From positions 120,940-184,939 of the forward strand of contig CAZSUV010000002.1 of the NCBI GenBank assembly GCA_964610125.1: 64,000 nt of DNA. The letters run 5' to 3'. This document shows, piece by piece, positions 38,795 to 48,877 of this stretch. Each line of letters starts with the position of its first letter. The first letter of the stretch is position 1. Both the position numbers and the translations under genes were made by a program. The notes under the pieces were generated by a model. It saw only the letters and a list, made by a program, of their open reading frames with translations. It made no database searches and was not told where the DNA came from. The DNA comes from an uncultured Candidatus Saccharibacteria bacterium (GTDB taxonomy: Bacteria; Patescibacteriota; Dojkabacteria; SC72).

Positions 38795-41700
38795 TTAATT
38801 CAATTTGACGCCATTTAGACCCAGGCCTTCTAATTTAAACGATGCAAAGGTATCTGCAAATTGAGCAGTTGGAGACCAATCGCTTGCGGAGTCATCTGTG
38901 TCCCAGAATTTTATACGCCAGTACAAAGTCACGTTTGAGTTTGTAAGTGCTATCCCTGCATATGGATATAGTGAGGATCGTGTTCCACTCGCAACTGTGG
39001 TAGATGTTTTCCCAGAATCCCACATAATTGTTCCAGTAAAAAATGCGTTGCTGTTTACTTGTATTTGGTATGCAGCTGCATTATCCATATTAGGATCAGA
39101 ATAGATCGCAGTGAAATATGGGGGTATGTGTGTAAGAGATGGTGGGTTTACCATGGTATTTGTTTGTAATGATGTTGGTGTATCTGGAATTCCTTGCATA
39201 GTAAATTGATTTGTAGCAGACCAGACGCCTTCTGCATTATTGTTGTCCCAGAATTTTATTTTCCAGTAATATATTTCTCCTTCATTTAATGTAGAGCCTG
39301 TGTATGTAATATCTCCGGATCTAGTACCATTTGTAATTTCTGAGATTGAAGTTTTCGATGAATTCCACATACTAGTTCCAGTAAAATTCGATGCTGTATT
39401 TACAAGAATTTGATAGTAAGCTCCTGTATCTGATGTGTCAGGATCATTAAATATGGCAGAGAATGTTGGAGTGGCAGAGGTTACTTTGGTTGGGTTCGTT
39501 GCATCTTGGCAATATGGTATTGTCGGCTCTGTAGGAAGAGCATTTGTAGTGAATTGGGCAGTTGATGACCAAGAACCTTCATTTGAAGTCGATTTGTTGT
39601 CCCAAAATTTTACCCTCCAATAGTATGTTGTTCCGTCTTGTAAGGAACTTCCTGCATATACCATATCTGAAGATCGATAACCATTCCAAATAGCTTGGGA
39701 AAAAGCAGTTTTTGTAGAATCCCACATAATTGTTCCAGTAAAATCTGCCATTGTGTTCACCTGTACTTGATAGTAGTTTCCTGTGTTAAAAGCGTTAGAA
39801 TCACTAAATATCGCAGTGAACTCTGGAGTAGAATCAATTACGCTAGTTGGATTGGTTTGTCCCTCGGTTTGTAAAGAAGATGGTGCATCTGGGGCGATAT
39901 TACTAACCTCTTCTGATCCGAATGTGAATGTTTGGGAGGTTTTCCTTTGGTAGAAAGGAGTTTCAATATATGCGGGGACATTAGAGGCTGATGCTGTTGT
40001 TGTTGAACAAGAATGAGTGTGCATTGAAGCTGCTGCTGATATTGCTCTACTACCAGTACTATTATATCCACCCCCAGGATTTGTAACTATAGTTACGGAA
40101 TGTGTATGTGTAGCAGCCCCTCCTGTTCCACCTTGCGTAGCTGCTCCTCGTGGAAATAGGTTATCGAGAGCTGTATACCTTGTCCAACCCAAGGGTGGTG
40201 CACTTGTTGTCATACTGATTAATCCAGATATTGCGTAACCAGTGGTATCTTTCGCGGCATAAATCATATCAAGATATGGAGGAACTGAGTTTCCTGAATC
40301 AGTTGATCCATTGGCTGTTGTATGAGTATGCTCTCCTGCCCCGTTGTCTCCACCCGGGGAGTCGTTTCTTGTGCCTGAACCACCTGTGGTATATCCACCA
40401 GTAGTTGTATGTGTATGTGTAGTAGCTCCGCCTGTTCCTCCATATGTGCTAGCACCTCTGGCAAATTTACTGTCCAATGCTGAAAATCTTGTCCAGCCTG
40501 ATGGAGTACTTGTGAACAGTGTGACCATGCCAGCATCAATATTTAAATCCGGATTAACGCAATAGACCATATCAAGGTATGGAGGGGCGTTTGTTACATT
40601 ATCAACGCTAACCATAGCATTTGTGTGTGTGTGTGATGGGGAAGATGTTGCTCCTCCAGAATCACTTTGTGTATATGCTGATGCACTTGGTCCTCCGGTT
40701 GTACAGCTAGGAGTACCATTGTTGTGTGTTGCAGAGCCACCATTTGTTCCAAATGTAGCTGCACCATAGGTGTATTTCCCATCATATTCTGTTTTGCGTG
40801 TCCATCCTGTTGGGCAGCTAGTATTGTTAAGAAGCATAAATTCTCCAGTCCATGATTCTTCTGAATTTGTGGTAGAAGAATTACCATAATACATATAGAT
40901 TGTTTTACCCCCGACAGTGAGAGAGGGTATCTGTACCCAGACCTGTGTTGCTGAAGTATTGCATCCTCCTTCTACCCAATATTTTAAAGTAGTTGTTTCA
41001 TCACTATCTGTGAATATTAAATCATCGCAATCTCCTTGCATTTTACCTGCAGTTATTAAGGAAGCTGTATCTATTAGAACTAGAACATCTTCGTTAGTAA
41101 GAGTCGATCCACTTGTATTACTTACGAGAACAGGTCTTCTATATGATAAATTTACGCTTTGCCATGTACCCCTATCAGTGGAAAATTGCGCTACAGAAGA
41201 CCAATCACTAACCTTTGATCCCTGATTACTATTATCCCAGAATCTGATTCTCCAGTAATATGTTGTTCCTTCTTGTAGAGCAGAACCGGCATATGATATA
41301 TCCTGAGATCTATTACCATTTGTGATAGATGGAGAGAGTGTTGTTTGGGTTGAATCCCACATAATTGTCCCAGTAAAATCCGATGCTGTATTTATTTGTA
41401 TTTGGAAGTAGATTGCCGAATCTGAGGCGTTTGGGTCTGTATATATTGCACTAAATTTTGGAGTATTATTTGTAATTTCTGAAGGATTGGTTGTCCCATC
41501 TGTAAGTAATGAAGTTGGTGCATCAGGTGCGTCATTCCGTGTTTCTTCGGAATTTATTGTTATGGATTGAGAGGTCTTCTTTTGTATGAATATTGTTTCT
41601 ATATATGGTGGATTGTTTGAAACATCTGTTGTTGTAGTAGCAGAAGTGGTATGTGTATGTGCTCTTGGTTTGTTTGTTGTAGGAGTTGTAGTTGCGCAAG

Positions 41701-42931
41701 TTACGGAGCCAACAATGGCACCCGAAGTTCTGGACCCAATTGAATGGTTATGTGTTGCAGCTCCACCAGTAGTTCCAAATGTATCCAATCCTTCTGGAAA
41801 ATATCCATTAAGGGCGGAATATTGTGTCCAACCCATTGGCGGAACTGTGTTTGTCATCATTATTATTCCTGAAGATCCTTTTATATCTGCATTTGCTTCC
41901 CCATATATTACCGTTTTAAACACTGGAATTTGAGTTCCAGAACCAGTGGAGAATGAGGCAAAGGTATGATAGTGTGTTGAAGATGCTGTGGCAGTTGATC
42001 CTGTGGCACATTGAGCTGTTGCACTCGGAACAGGTGTATTTACTGCAGTTACAGTATGAGTATGTGAACTTGTTGTACTTGTTCCACCATATGTTGCCTC
42101 TCCTCTAGGAAATTTACTGTCCAATGCCGAAAATCTTGTAAATCCAGATGGAACTGTAGTATCGAAAATTGCTACAGAATCTTGCTTTACAATTAGTTTG
42201 TCGCTAGAACAAAAGATCATGTTTAAATATGGTGGAAGAACGTTCGAAGCTGTTTGTGTAACGAAACTTACATTCCCATGATTATGGAAAGCTGCAATGT
42301 TTAAATTTGTTCCAGTTTTAGTGGCACTTCCAGATGATACTGTCGAAGTTGCCATGGTGTAGCTTCCATGATCATGGGAACTTGATCCACCGGTAGCTCC
42401 ATAGGTTGGATCTGCTAACGGGAATCTTTGATAGAAATCTCCTCCCGTATTTGATTCGGTTGTCCAACCAGAATCACAAGCAGTATCTTTCATAAGGATG
42501 AATTTCCCAGCCCATGATTCTTCATTATTCCCAGCGGAAGGATTACCATAATACATATAGATAGTTTTTCCCCCGGCAGTTAACGATGGTATTCTAACCC
42601 AAACTTGAGTAGTAGCAGTATTACATCCTCCCTCAATCCAATATGCTAAATATGTACTGTCATCACTGTCAGTGAATCTAAGATCTGCACAAGTAGTCTG
42701 AAGTTTACTTGCACCAATTAATGTCGCAGTATCTATTTCTACTAATACTTCTTCATTAGTTAATGTAGAACCAGCATTCGCTACTGCAATGGACTTCCGA
42801 TATAGCCAGCTATCATCTTTCCAACCTAATACATCAGCTTTATCTTTTGTAATGAAATAATACGCAAGTCCAGCGCCAGCTACGACGAGAGTAGAAATAC
42901 CAATTAGGATTGTTTTCTTAGACAGTTTCAT
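38795..42931 (-). CDS. Large membrane-anchored surface protein: 2x (DUF2341-like + three tail-collar/HxH modules) + four FN3-like domains
   Basis: N-terminal TM; W.YR..I, DLRFTD, VWVRIP, IYMYYGN twice; P.GW...FP.G...GG...HxH...HxH...PPY six times; MWDS...YYWR(I/V)KFWD four times. Confidence 0.85.
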   Translation of the reverse strand: MKLSKKTILIGISTLVVAGAGLAYYFITKDKADVLGWKDDSWLYRKSIAVANAGSTLTNEEVLVEIDTATLIGASKLQTTCADLRFTDSDDSTYLAYWIEGGCNTATTQVWVRIPSLTAGGKTIYMYYGNPSAGNNEESWAGKFILMKDTACDSGWTTESNTGGDFYQRFPLADPTYGATGGSSSHDHGSYTMATSTVSSGSATKTGTNLNIAAFHNHGNVSFVTQTASNVLPPYLNMIFCSSDKLIVKQDSVAIFDTTVPSGFTRFSALDSKFPRGEATYGGTSTTSSHTHTVTAVNTPVPSATAQCATGSTATASSTHYHTFASFSTGSGTQIPVFKTVIYGEANADIKGSSGIIMMTNTVPPMGWTQYSALNGYFPEGLDTFGTTGGAATHNHSIGSRTSGAIVGSVTCATTTPTTNKPRAHTHTTSATTTTDVSNNPPYIETIFIQKKTSQSITINSEETRNDAPDAPTSLLTDGTTNPSEITNNTPKFSAIYTDPNASDSAIYFQIQINTASDFTGTIMWDSTQTTLSPSITNGNRSQDISYAGSALQEGTTYYWRIRFWDNSNQGSKVSDWSSVAQFSTDRGTWQSVNLSYRRPVLVSNTSGSTLTNEDVLVLIDTASLITAGKMQGDCDDLIFTDSDETTTLKYWVEGGCNTSATQVWVQIPSLTVGGKTIYMYYGNSSTTNSEESWTGEFMLLNNTSCPTGWTRKTEYDGKYTYGAATFGTNGGSATHNNGTPSCTTGGPSASAYTQSDSGGATSSPSHTHTNAMVSVDNVTNAPPYLDMVYCVNPDLNIDAGMVTLFTSTPSGWTRFSALDSKFARGASTYGGTGGATTHTHTTTGGYTTGGSGTRNDSPGGDNGAGEHTHTTANGSTDSGNSVPPYLDMIYAAKDTTGYAISGLISMTTSAPPLGWTRYTALDNLFPRGAATQGGTGGAATHTHSVTIVTNPGGGYNSTGSRAISAAASMHTHSCSTTTASASNVPAYIETPFYQRKTSQTFTFGSEEVSNIAPDAPSSLQTEGQTNPTSVIDSTPEFTAIFSDSNAFNTGNYYQVQVNTMADFTGTIMWDSTKTAFSQAIWNGYRSSDMVYAGSSLQDGTTYYWRVKFWDNKSTSNEGSWSSTAQFTTNALPTEPTIPYCQDATNPTKVTSATPTFSAIFNDPDTSDTGAYYQILVNTASNFTGTSMWNSSKTSISEITNGTRSGDITYTGSTLNEGEIYYWKIKFWDNNNAEGVWSATNQFTMQGIPDTPTSLQTNTMVNPPSLTHIPPYFTAIYSDPNMDNAAAYQIQVNSNAFFTGTIMWDSGKTSTTVASGTRSSLYPYAGIALTNSNVTLYWRIKFWDTDDSASDWSPTAQFADTFASFKLEGLGLNGVKLN

Positions 42932-42952
42932 TAGTATATATATTACCAGAAA

Positions 42953-43411
42953 CTATGCCTTTTCTCTCGTAATTTCATACAAAATAATACTGGCACAGTT
43001 TGCTACATTTAGAGACTCTTTCTTGCCCCTCATTGGTATGAAAATTTTCTTATCACACCCTTTTAATATCTCTTCATCTACCCCAATTTTTTCATGACCT
43101 AAGACAATAGCTACTTCGTTAGGATATTCAACTTTCTGAAAGTTTTCAGCATCATCGGTAAGTTCTATGGAATAGATAGGGATATTCTTTGCTTTTAACT
43201 CATCTAATGCTTCTTGAGTAGTATCGTAGTGCTCGGATGGGACCATTTCTGTGGCACCTAATGCAGTTTTATCTAGCTTAGGATTATCAATTGGTGATGT
43301 CATTCCACAAAGGTATATTTTTTCTACACTCCCTGCTCCATCCGAAGTTCTAAATATACTTCCCACATTAAACACCGATCTTATATTGTCTAAAACTACA
43401 TGGATTTTCAT
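42953..43411 (-). CDS. TrmH/SpoU-family RNA methyltransferase
   Basis: NVGSIFRT, GHEKIG, IPMRGKKESLNVA. Confidence 0.92.
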   Translation of the reverse strand: MKIHVVLDNIRSVFNVGSIFRTSDGAGSVEKIYLCGMTSPIDNPKLDKTALGATEMVPSEHYDTTQEALDELKAKNIPIYSIELTDDAENFQKVEYPNEVAIVLGHEKIGVDEEILKGCDKKIFIPMRGKKESLNVANCASIILYEITREKA

Positions 43412-45411
43412 CTAAAAAGATTTTCTAAAATATCATCGACGCTATTATCCGTTATTAGTAGCTCTCTTGCAACCTTTCTTGCCTTTTTTAATGTTTCTAA
43501 ATCATGTATTGAAGCTACCTTGAAGTTTGGAATACCTGATTGTCTTGTACCATATACTTCTCCAGGGCCTCTTCTTTGTAAATCGTAATCTGCAACTTCA
43601 AAGCCAGATGGATGTGAAGCGAAGTATTGTAATCTCTCTTTTACATCTGTATCTTCTACAGTTTCTTGTCCAGGTATAACATAGCAGTAGGATTGCATAT
43701 CATTACGGCCAATTCTTCCTCGGAGTTGGTGTAATTGTGCTAATCCAAAGCGTTCAGCATTTTCAATGACCATCATTGTAACGTCGGGAATATCTATACC
43801 AACTTCTATAACTGTTGTAGATATTAATATATTGTATTGTTTGTCTCTAAAATCATTTAATATCTGCTCTTTATCTTTTGGCTTAAGTTTGCCGTGCATA
43901 AAGGCTACTTTCATATTTGGGTATTTTTCTTGAAGTGCATTGAATTCATTTAAAACAGATTTAACGGCTGTCTTTTCAGATTCTTCGATGAGTGGGTATA
44001 TGACGAAGGCTTGCTCTTTGAAATTCGAATCTTTAATTTTTTTAACTATCCAATCAAAACAATCATTTCGCTTGGTATATGGTGTGTAATATGTCTTTAT
44101 CTCTTTCCTATCCGCGGGTTTTTCTTTAATCTCTGATACATCCAAATTCCCAAAGAATATTTCAGTCAGACTTCTTGGGATTGGAGTTGCGGTCATCGTT
44201 AAGTAGTGAGGTGTATTCTTTGTTTTAGTTTTTAAATATTTCCTTTGTTCTACACCAAATCTATGCTGTTCATCAATTACAACAAGGTTTAAATCAGATG
44301 GAAGCTCTTGTTGGTAAAGGATTGCATGGGTACCAATTATTAATTTGTTGTTAGCATCTGTAATTGTTTTCTCGGAGGAGATACACAATTCGACTTGAAT
44401 GTTGAATTCTTTAAAAAGTTTTTTGAATGTTTCAAAATGTTGGGTAGCCAATACTGTCGTAGGAGCTATTAATATCGCTGAATAGCCGGCACTGATTGTA
44501 TTTAATATCGCTATGGCTGACACAACAGTTTTACCACTTCCTACATCTCCATTGAGTAGCCTATTCATTGGTTTTTCCTTGGATATTTCGTCAAGGATAA
44601 CTTCTAATGCACTATTCTGATCCTCAGTGAGGGTATATGGTAGTGATTTTATGAACTGATTAGTTAGTTTCGTATCTATCTTTATTGCTTTTGCCTTTTC
44701 TTTTTTCTGCTCTGATATTTCCTTCTCAATTCTAAATGCAATCTTAAGCATTTCATCAAAGGAGAGGCGCTCTCTTGCTGAGATAATTTCATCATTTGAT
44801 TCTGGAAAATGGATTTTCTCAATCGAGTCTGGAAGCGTAATGAGATTGTTTTGTACTAATATTCTATCCTCTAGAGGATCCGCTATTAACTGCTTAATAT
44901 CTGGTTTTAGTTCTTTAATCTTTGTTCTAAGTATTCTTGAAGAAAGTCCTTTAGTTTCGGAGTATACGCTTATTAATTTTCCAAGATGAGTTTGTTGAGA
45001 TACATCATCTTTTAATTTTTCAATCTTAGGGTTGTATATATTTCTCTTCCCTGCTTTTACAGTAACTTGTCCATTAAAAAGATAGAGTTCTCCAATAGTT
45101 AATGTTTTGGAAAGATATGGTTGATTGAAATATATTAAACTGATTGTATCTGTGTCATCCTTCACTCTTACTGTAGTTATCTGCTTTTTGAATCTGGTAT
45201 AGAAGGTTTTGACACTTACAATCTCGGCTATGAAAGTGCCCTTTCCTGCAATTAGAAATTGCTCAATTGAAAGCACCTCTGAAGTGTCTTGATATTTGTA
45301 TGGTATATGGAAGAGTAAGTCTTTGATTGTAAAGATATTTAGCTTCTCAAATTTAGAAGCTAAAGCCTCGCCTATTCCTTTGATTTGAGTGATATTGGAA
45401 TTTGAATCCAT
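43408..45411 (-). CDS. recG: ATP-dependent DNA helicase RecG
   Basis: GDVGSGKT, DEQHRFG, TATPIPR, QLHQLRGRIGR. Confidence 0.96.
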   Translation of the reverse strand: MDSNSNITQIKGIGEALASKFEKLNIFTIKDLLFHIPYKYQDTSEVLSIEQFLIAGKGTFIAEIVSVKTFYTRFKKQITTVRVKDDTDTISLIYFNQPYLSKTLTIGELYLFNGQVTVKAGKRNIYNPKIEKLKDDVSQQTHLGKLISVYSETKGLSSRILRTKIKELKPDIKQLIADPLEDRILVQNNLITLPDSIEKIHFPESNDEIISARERLSFDEMLKIAFRIEKEISEQKKEKAKAIKIDTKLTNQFIKSLPYTLTEDQNSALEVILDEISKEKPMNRLLNGDVGSGKTVVSAIAILNTISAGYSAILIAPTTVLATQHFETFKKLFKEFNIQVELCISSEKTITDANNKLIIGTHAILYQQELPSDLNLVVIDEQHRFGVEQRKYLKTKTKNTPHYLTMTATPIPRSLTEIFFGNLDVSEIKEKPADRKEIKTYYTPYTKRNDCFDWIVKKIKDSNFKEQAFVIYPLIEESEKTAVKSVLNEFNALQEKYPNMKVAFMHGKLKPKDKEQILNDFRDKQYNILISTTVIEVGIDIPDVTMMVIENAERFGLAQLHQLRGRIGRNDMQSYCYVIPGQETVEDTDVKERLQYFASHPSGFEVADYDLQRRGPGEVYGTRQSGIPNFKVASIHDLETLKKARKVARELLITDNSVDDILENLFR

Positions 45412-45417
45412 TCCCTA

Positions 45418-45528
45418 TTATATATTAATAAGGGTAAGAATAATTGGTACAAGTATTCCACCTAGTAATATGATAGCTGTGGCTACATTGATAACATTAC
45501 GAATTTTTTTAGATGTTTCTCTTTTCAT
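45418..45528 (-). CDS. 36-aa single-pass membrane protein (absent from ORF track)
   Basis: MKRETSKKIRNVINVATAIILLGGILVPIILTLINI*; fills the gap between the RSH gene and recG. Confidence 0.65.
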   Translation of the reverse strand: MKRETSKKIRNVINVATAIILLGGILVPIILTLINI

Positions 45529-45541
45529 ATTGACTATATTA

Positions 45542-46945
45542 TCAATTTTTTTGATGCTTTAAAATATTCTTTAATATTTTTTCTTTTGAACTTTGAGAAT
45601 TGACGGATTGTAAAGCATTTACATCCTGAAATCTTTTATCTTTTTGTGTTTTTATTTCAACCAAATCGCCTGTTTTTATCTCTTGTCCAAGTTTTGCGGC
45701 ATTATTATTTATTTTTACTCCTACCGCACTATTCCCTATTTGTGAGTGTATTCGATATGCGAAATCTAAAGCGGTATCTCCTTTGGAGAGTGGAATTATC
45801 TCTCCTTTAGGAGTAAATGCAAAGATATCTTCAGGGAAGAGATTTACTTCGATTGGAGAGTTATTTTCTTCTTTTCTGTTTTGTATATTCTTTTCTATTC
45901 CTTTGTGTACCTCTTCTACCCAACTGTATTTGTCAGTAGGATTGGCATATCTGCTCTTGCTTGCTTTGTATGCGATATGTGAAGCTTGACCATATGTATT
46001 GGTATAGTGCATGGCATCTGTGAGGACCTGCACCTCTATTTCTAAATCTGAAATTTCAGGGAATTTAACTAGACTGTGTATTGCCATGTATCCATTGGGC
46101 TTTGGGTTTGAAATGTAATCATCAAATTTATCGATATTGAGTTCGCCATAGTCCATCAATTTCTCAAGTACTTTGTAGCAAGTATTTATATCTTTTGGTA
46201 CGCATCTAAATGCCATTAGGTCATCAATGGATTTAATGTTTGGAGCTTTCCATTCCTTTTCATACTTCTTTAACTTATTGTAGACACTGTACTTGCTTTT
46301 TATCCTTCCATATATCTCAACATCAAGACCTTCGGTTTTTGATTTAAGAAAGGATATGTATTTCTCCAGAAGCTTTTGATCAATACTATTTGCATCATAT
46401 CTTTCATCAATAGCTTGATATTCCACAGGGAGAGTTAATTGGAATGCTCTTTCATCTATTTCGGTTTTGAGACTCCCAAGATCTAGTAGCTCTGCAATTT
46501 CAGCATATATTGTCTGTGCTTGTCTAAAATATATCTTTTTGTATCCTTCATTTACTGATTCTGGATTTCTCACCTTATCAAGTACACTTGCGAGTTTTAT
46601 GATTACAGATCTTAAATCCTTTGCATTATTTAAAATATATTTAGTTATGATTTCATCCTTGGTATCTTCATTTTTAGTTGTAGCCTCTATGACCCTCACT
46701 CCCTTTACAATATTTTGTACTGCCTCTGATTGTTCAGCATCTTTATTTGCATCATGAAGCAGTGCTGCAATGATTGTAGTGGTATCAAATCCAAGTTCTG
46801 CAATTATGAGTGCAGTTCCCAATAGATGCTTTTGCATTTTGAAATCCAACGAAGAGATCGAAGTCATAACTTTGAGAATTTCATCCTTAAACTTCTGAGG
46901 ACTATTCTGTAATATCTTTTGTTGTATTTTTTCTAATTCTTCCAT
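45542..46945 (-). CDS. RelA/SpoT homolog (degenerate HD + synthetase + TGS)
   Basis: GRIKSKYSVYNK, DYISNPKPNGY..IH, EVQV, FTPKG, DFAYRIHS. Confidence 0.9.
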   Translation of the reverse strand: MEELEKIQQKILQNSPQKFKDEILKVMTSISSLDFKMQKHLLGTALIIAELGFDTTTIIAALLHDANKDAEQSEAVQNIVKGVRVIEATTKNEDTKDEIITKYILNNAKDLRSVIIKLASVLDKVRNPESVNEGYKKIYFRQAQTIYAEIAELLDLGSLKTEIDERAFQLTLPVEYQAIDERYDANSIDQKLLEKYISFLKSKTEGLDVEIYGRIKSKYSVYNKLKKYEKEWKAPNIKSIDDLMAFRCVPKDINTCYKVLEKLMDYGELNIDKFDDYISNPKPNGYMAIHSLVKFPEISDLEIEVQVLTDAMHYTNTYGQASHIAYKASKSRYANPTDKYSWVEEVHKGIEKNIQNRKEENNSPIEVNLFPEDIFAFTPKGEIIPLSKGDTALDFAYRIHSQIGNSAVGVKINNNAAKLGQEIKTGDLVEIKTQKDKRFQDVNALQSVNSQSSKEKILKNILKHQKN

Positions 46946-46949
46946 AATT

Positions 46950-46972
46950 AAAAAATCCCCATGTTGGGGATT
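46950..46972 (-). terminator. Intrinsic terminator after tyrS
   Basis: AATCCCCA-N3-TGGGGATT followed by a T-run on the minus strand. Confidence 0.65.
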
Positions 46973-47000
46973 AATATTTAAAATATTTTTTCCCCTGGAG

Positions 47001-48224
47001 TTATGTCTTTACTGTGATATGACATAGCTGTTTTCCTACCTTGAGTAATAGTGATGGGTAGGAATCGATATCTATCTTTGAATCCCAATCTGATATCTTC
47101 TCATTATTTATCTTTACTGCTCCCTGATCGACTAATCTCCTAGCAATGGATTTACTTCCTGCAAAGCTAATTGCTACTAAAAGTTCTCCAATCTGGAATA
47201 CTGCCTTGTTTACTTTGATCTCTTGTATCTTTTCACTGTCTTCTTTGTTTTGGAATACCTCTTGGAAATATTGTTGTGCTTTCTGTGCCTCTTCTTTTGA
47301 TGTAATTTCTTCTGTTACTCTTAATGCTAATTCTTTTTTGAGTACCATTGGATTCTCGCCAGAATCTAATCTCTTCTTGTATGTTTCTAATTCTTCTAAT
47401 GTTGCTACTGTTAATATTTCAAATCCAATTAATATCATTCCATCGGTGAAGGTCATAACCTTGCCATAGATGTCTTCTGGTTTGTCATCCATTCTAATCA
47501 TATTCCCTGTGGTTTTTCCCATTTTGTCACCATTTGGATCTTCGAGTAATTTACCAGCTAAAACGATTTTTTCTTTCTTAAGGTGATTCATAACCATGTC
47601 TCTACCAGAAAGCATATTGAAGAGTTGGTCGTTTCCGCCTACTTCAATATCGATATCCATCATTACGGAATCATAGCCTTGCATTAATGGATACAAAAAT
47701 TCATTTAGATGAATTGGCTTGTTAGCTTCTAATCGCTTTTGGAACATGTCTCGCTTCAACAACTGTTGTACTGTAAATTCTGATGCTAGATTTACAATGT
47801 CTCCAAAGTTTAACTTTTCTAACCATGTACTGTTGTACATCACTTCTACTGGATTCTCCTCATTTTTCATATCAATGATGTGAGATGCCTGCTCAATATA
47901 TTTTTTCATATTGTTCTCTACATCTTCCTTGGTAAGCATCTTTCTTGTAGCTGCTTTATCAGTAGGATCCCCTATCCTTGCGGTGAAGTCTCCAATGAGG
48001 AATATTACATGATGTCCAAGCTTTCTAAAATCTTCTAATTTTCTCATTCCTACGCTATGTCCTATATGCAATGTCTCGCCGGTAGGATCAAAGCCTTGAT
48101 ATATGTTTAATCTTTGGCCTGAGAGTAGTTTTTCCTTTAGGGCGTCTTTCGAAGGGAGTATTTGTTCTACTCCCTTTTCTAAGATTCTTTGTATTATTTC
48201 TGGATCGGTTTTTACTGTTGTCAT
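47001..48224 (-). CDS. tyrS: Tyrosine--tRNA ligase
   Basis: GFDPT..LHIGH, YPLMQGYD, GGNDQ, KMGKT, C-terminal S4 domain. Confidence 0.97.
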   Translation of the reverse strand: MTTVKTDPEIIQRILEKGVEQILPSKDALKEKLLSGQRLNIYQGFDPTGETLHIGHSVGMRKLEDFRKLGHHVIFLIGDFTARIGDPTDKAATRKMLTKEDVENNMKKYIEQASHIIDMKNEENPVEVMYNSTWLEKLNFGDIVNLASEFTVQQLLKRDMFQKRLEANKPIHLNEFLYPLMQGYDSVMMDIDIEVGGNDQLFNMLSGRDMVMNHLKKEKIVLAGKLLEDPNGDKMGKTTGNMIRMDDKPEDIYGKVMTFTDGMILIGFEILTVATLEELETYKKRLDSGENPMVLKKELALRVTEEITSKEEAQKAQQYFQEVFQNKEDSEKIQEIKVNKAVFQIGELLVAISFAGSKSIARRLVDQGAVKINNEKISDWDSKIDIDSYPSLLLKVGKQLCHITVKT

Positions 48225-48287
48225 GACGGAATAATTATATATGTAATTGATATATACAACAAGGGAAAGAGTGTATAATTATAGGTC

Positions 48288-48824
48288 ATGGAAAAGGAAG
48301 ATATTTATAAAGAAGAAATACTGGGGCTATTTAATATCTTTGAAGCATTAGATAAACAAGGTGTGCTTATACGAGAAAAATATCCCTCTAATTTTGATAT
48401 TTTTCTTAATTCTGTTCTGGAGGAGAAAGAGATATTGGAAATTAAGGCAGATTTAATAGAAATATTTCCAGATGTAATATTTGATTCTTCTGATGAAATA
48501 TCAATTGAAACGGGTAATCCGTTCTATCAAGAAAAGGACAGAGACTTTGTATACTCTGATTACGAAATTAATAATAAATCTTTGTATAATCAGGGCTATA
48601 TTAATGTCCGATATGGTAGACAGTGTGGAATGCTTTTTAGATTTTATCGTATTGATACCCTTGATAATTTTGTTATCGCCAACTTTTATAAATGGGAAGG
48701 AAATAATTATGATCGTAGTCCGATTGTTGATCGTAATAATGAAAAATACCGTAAATTGTTTAATCATTGTAATAATATTGTTATAAAAAGAATTCGAGCT
48801 TATTCTGTCTCTGGAATGACATAA
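48288..48824 (+). CDS. Hypothetical protein (array member 1)
   Basis: 178 aa; ATG 8 nt after TATAAT. Confidence 0.75.
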   Translation: MEKEDIYKEEILGLFNIFEALDKQGVLIREKYPSNFDIFLNSVLEEKEILEIKADLIEIFPDVIFDSSDEISIETGNPFYQEKDRDFVYSDYEINNKSLYNQGYINVRYGRQCGMLFRFYRIDTLDNFVIANFYKWEGNNYDRSPIVDRNNEKYRKLFNHCNNIVIKRIRAYSVSGMT

Positions 48825-48877
48825 GATTTGTTTTAAGAATTTCATTATGAATCCCTATAATGTATACTTAATAGGAT

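Noticed and set aside
38795-42931. Prophage tail gene or DGR target
   Set aside because: Flanked by housekeeping genes and carries a TM anchor; no phage genes, reverse transcriptase or adenine-specific TR/VR pair. Internal similarity is domain duplication.
34878-48287. T-box riboswitches before pheS, thrS or tyrS
   Set aside because: Intergenic regions are too short and no T-box consensus (AAGGTGGxACC) was seen.
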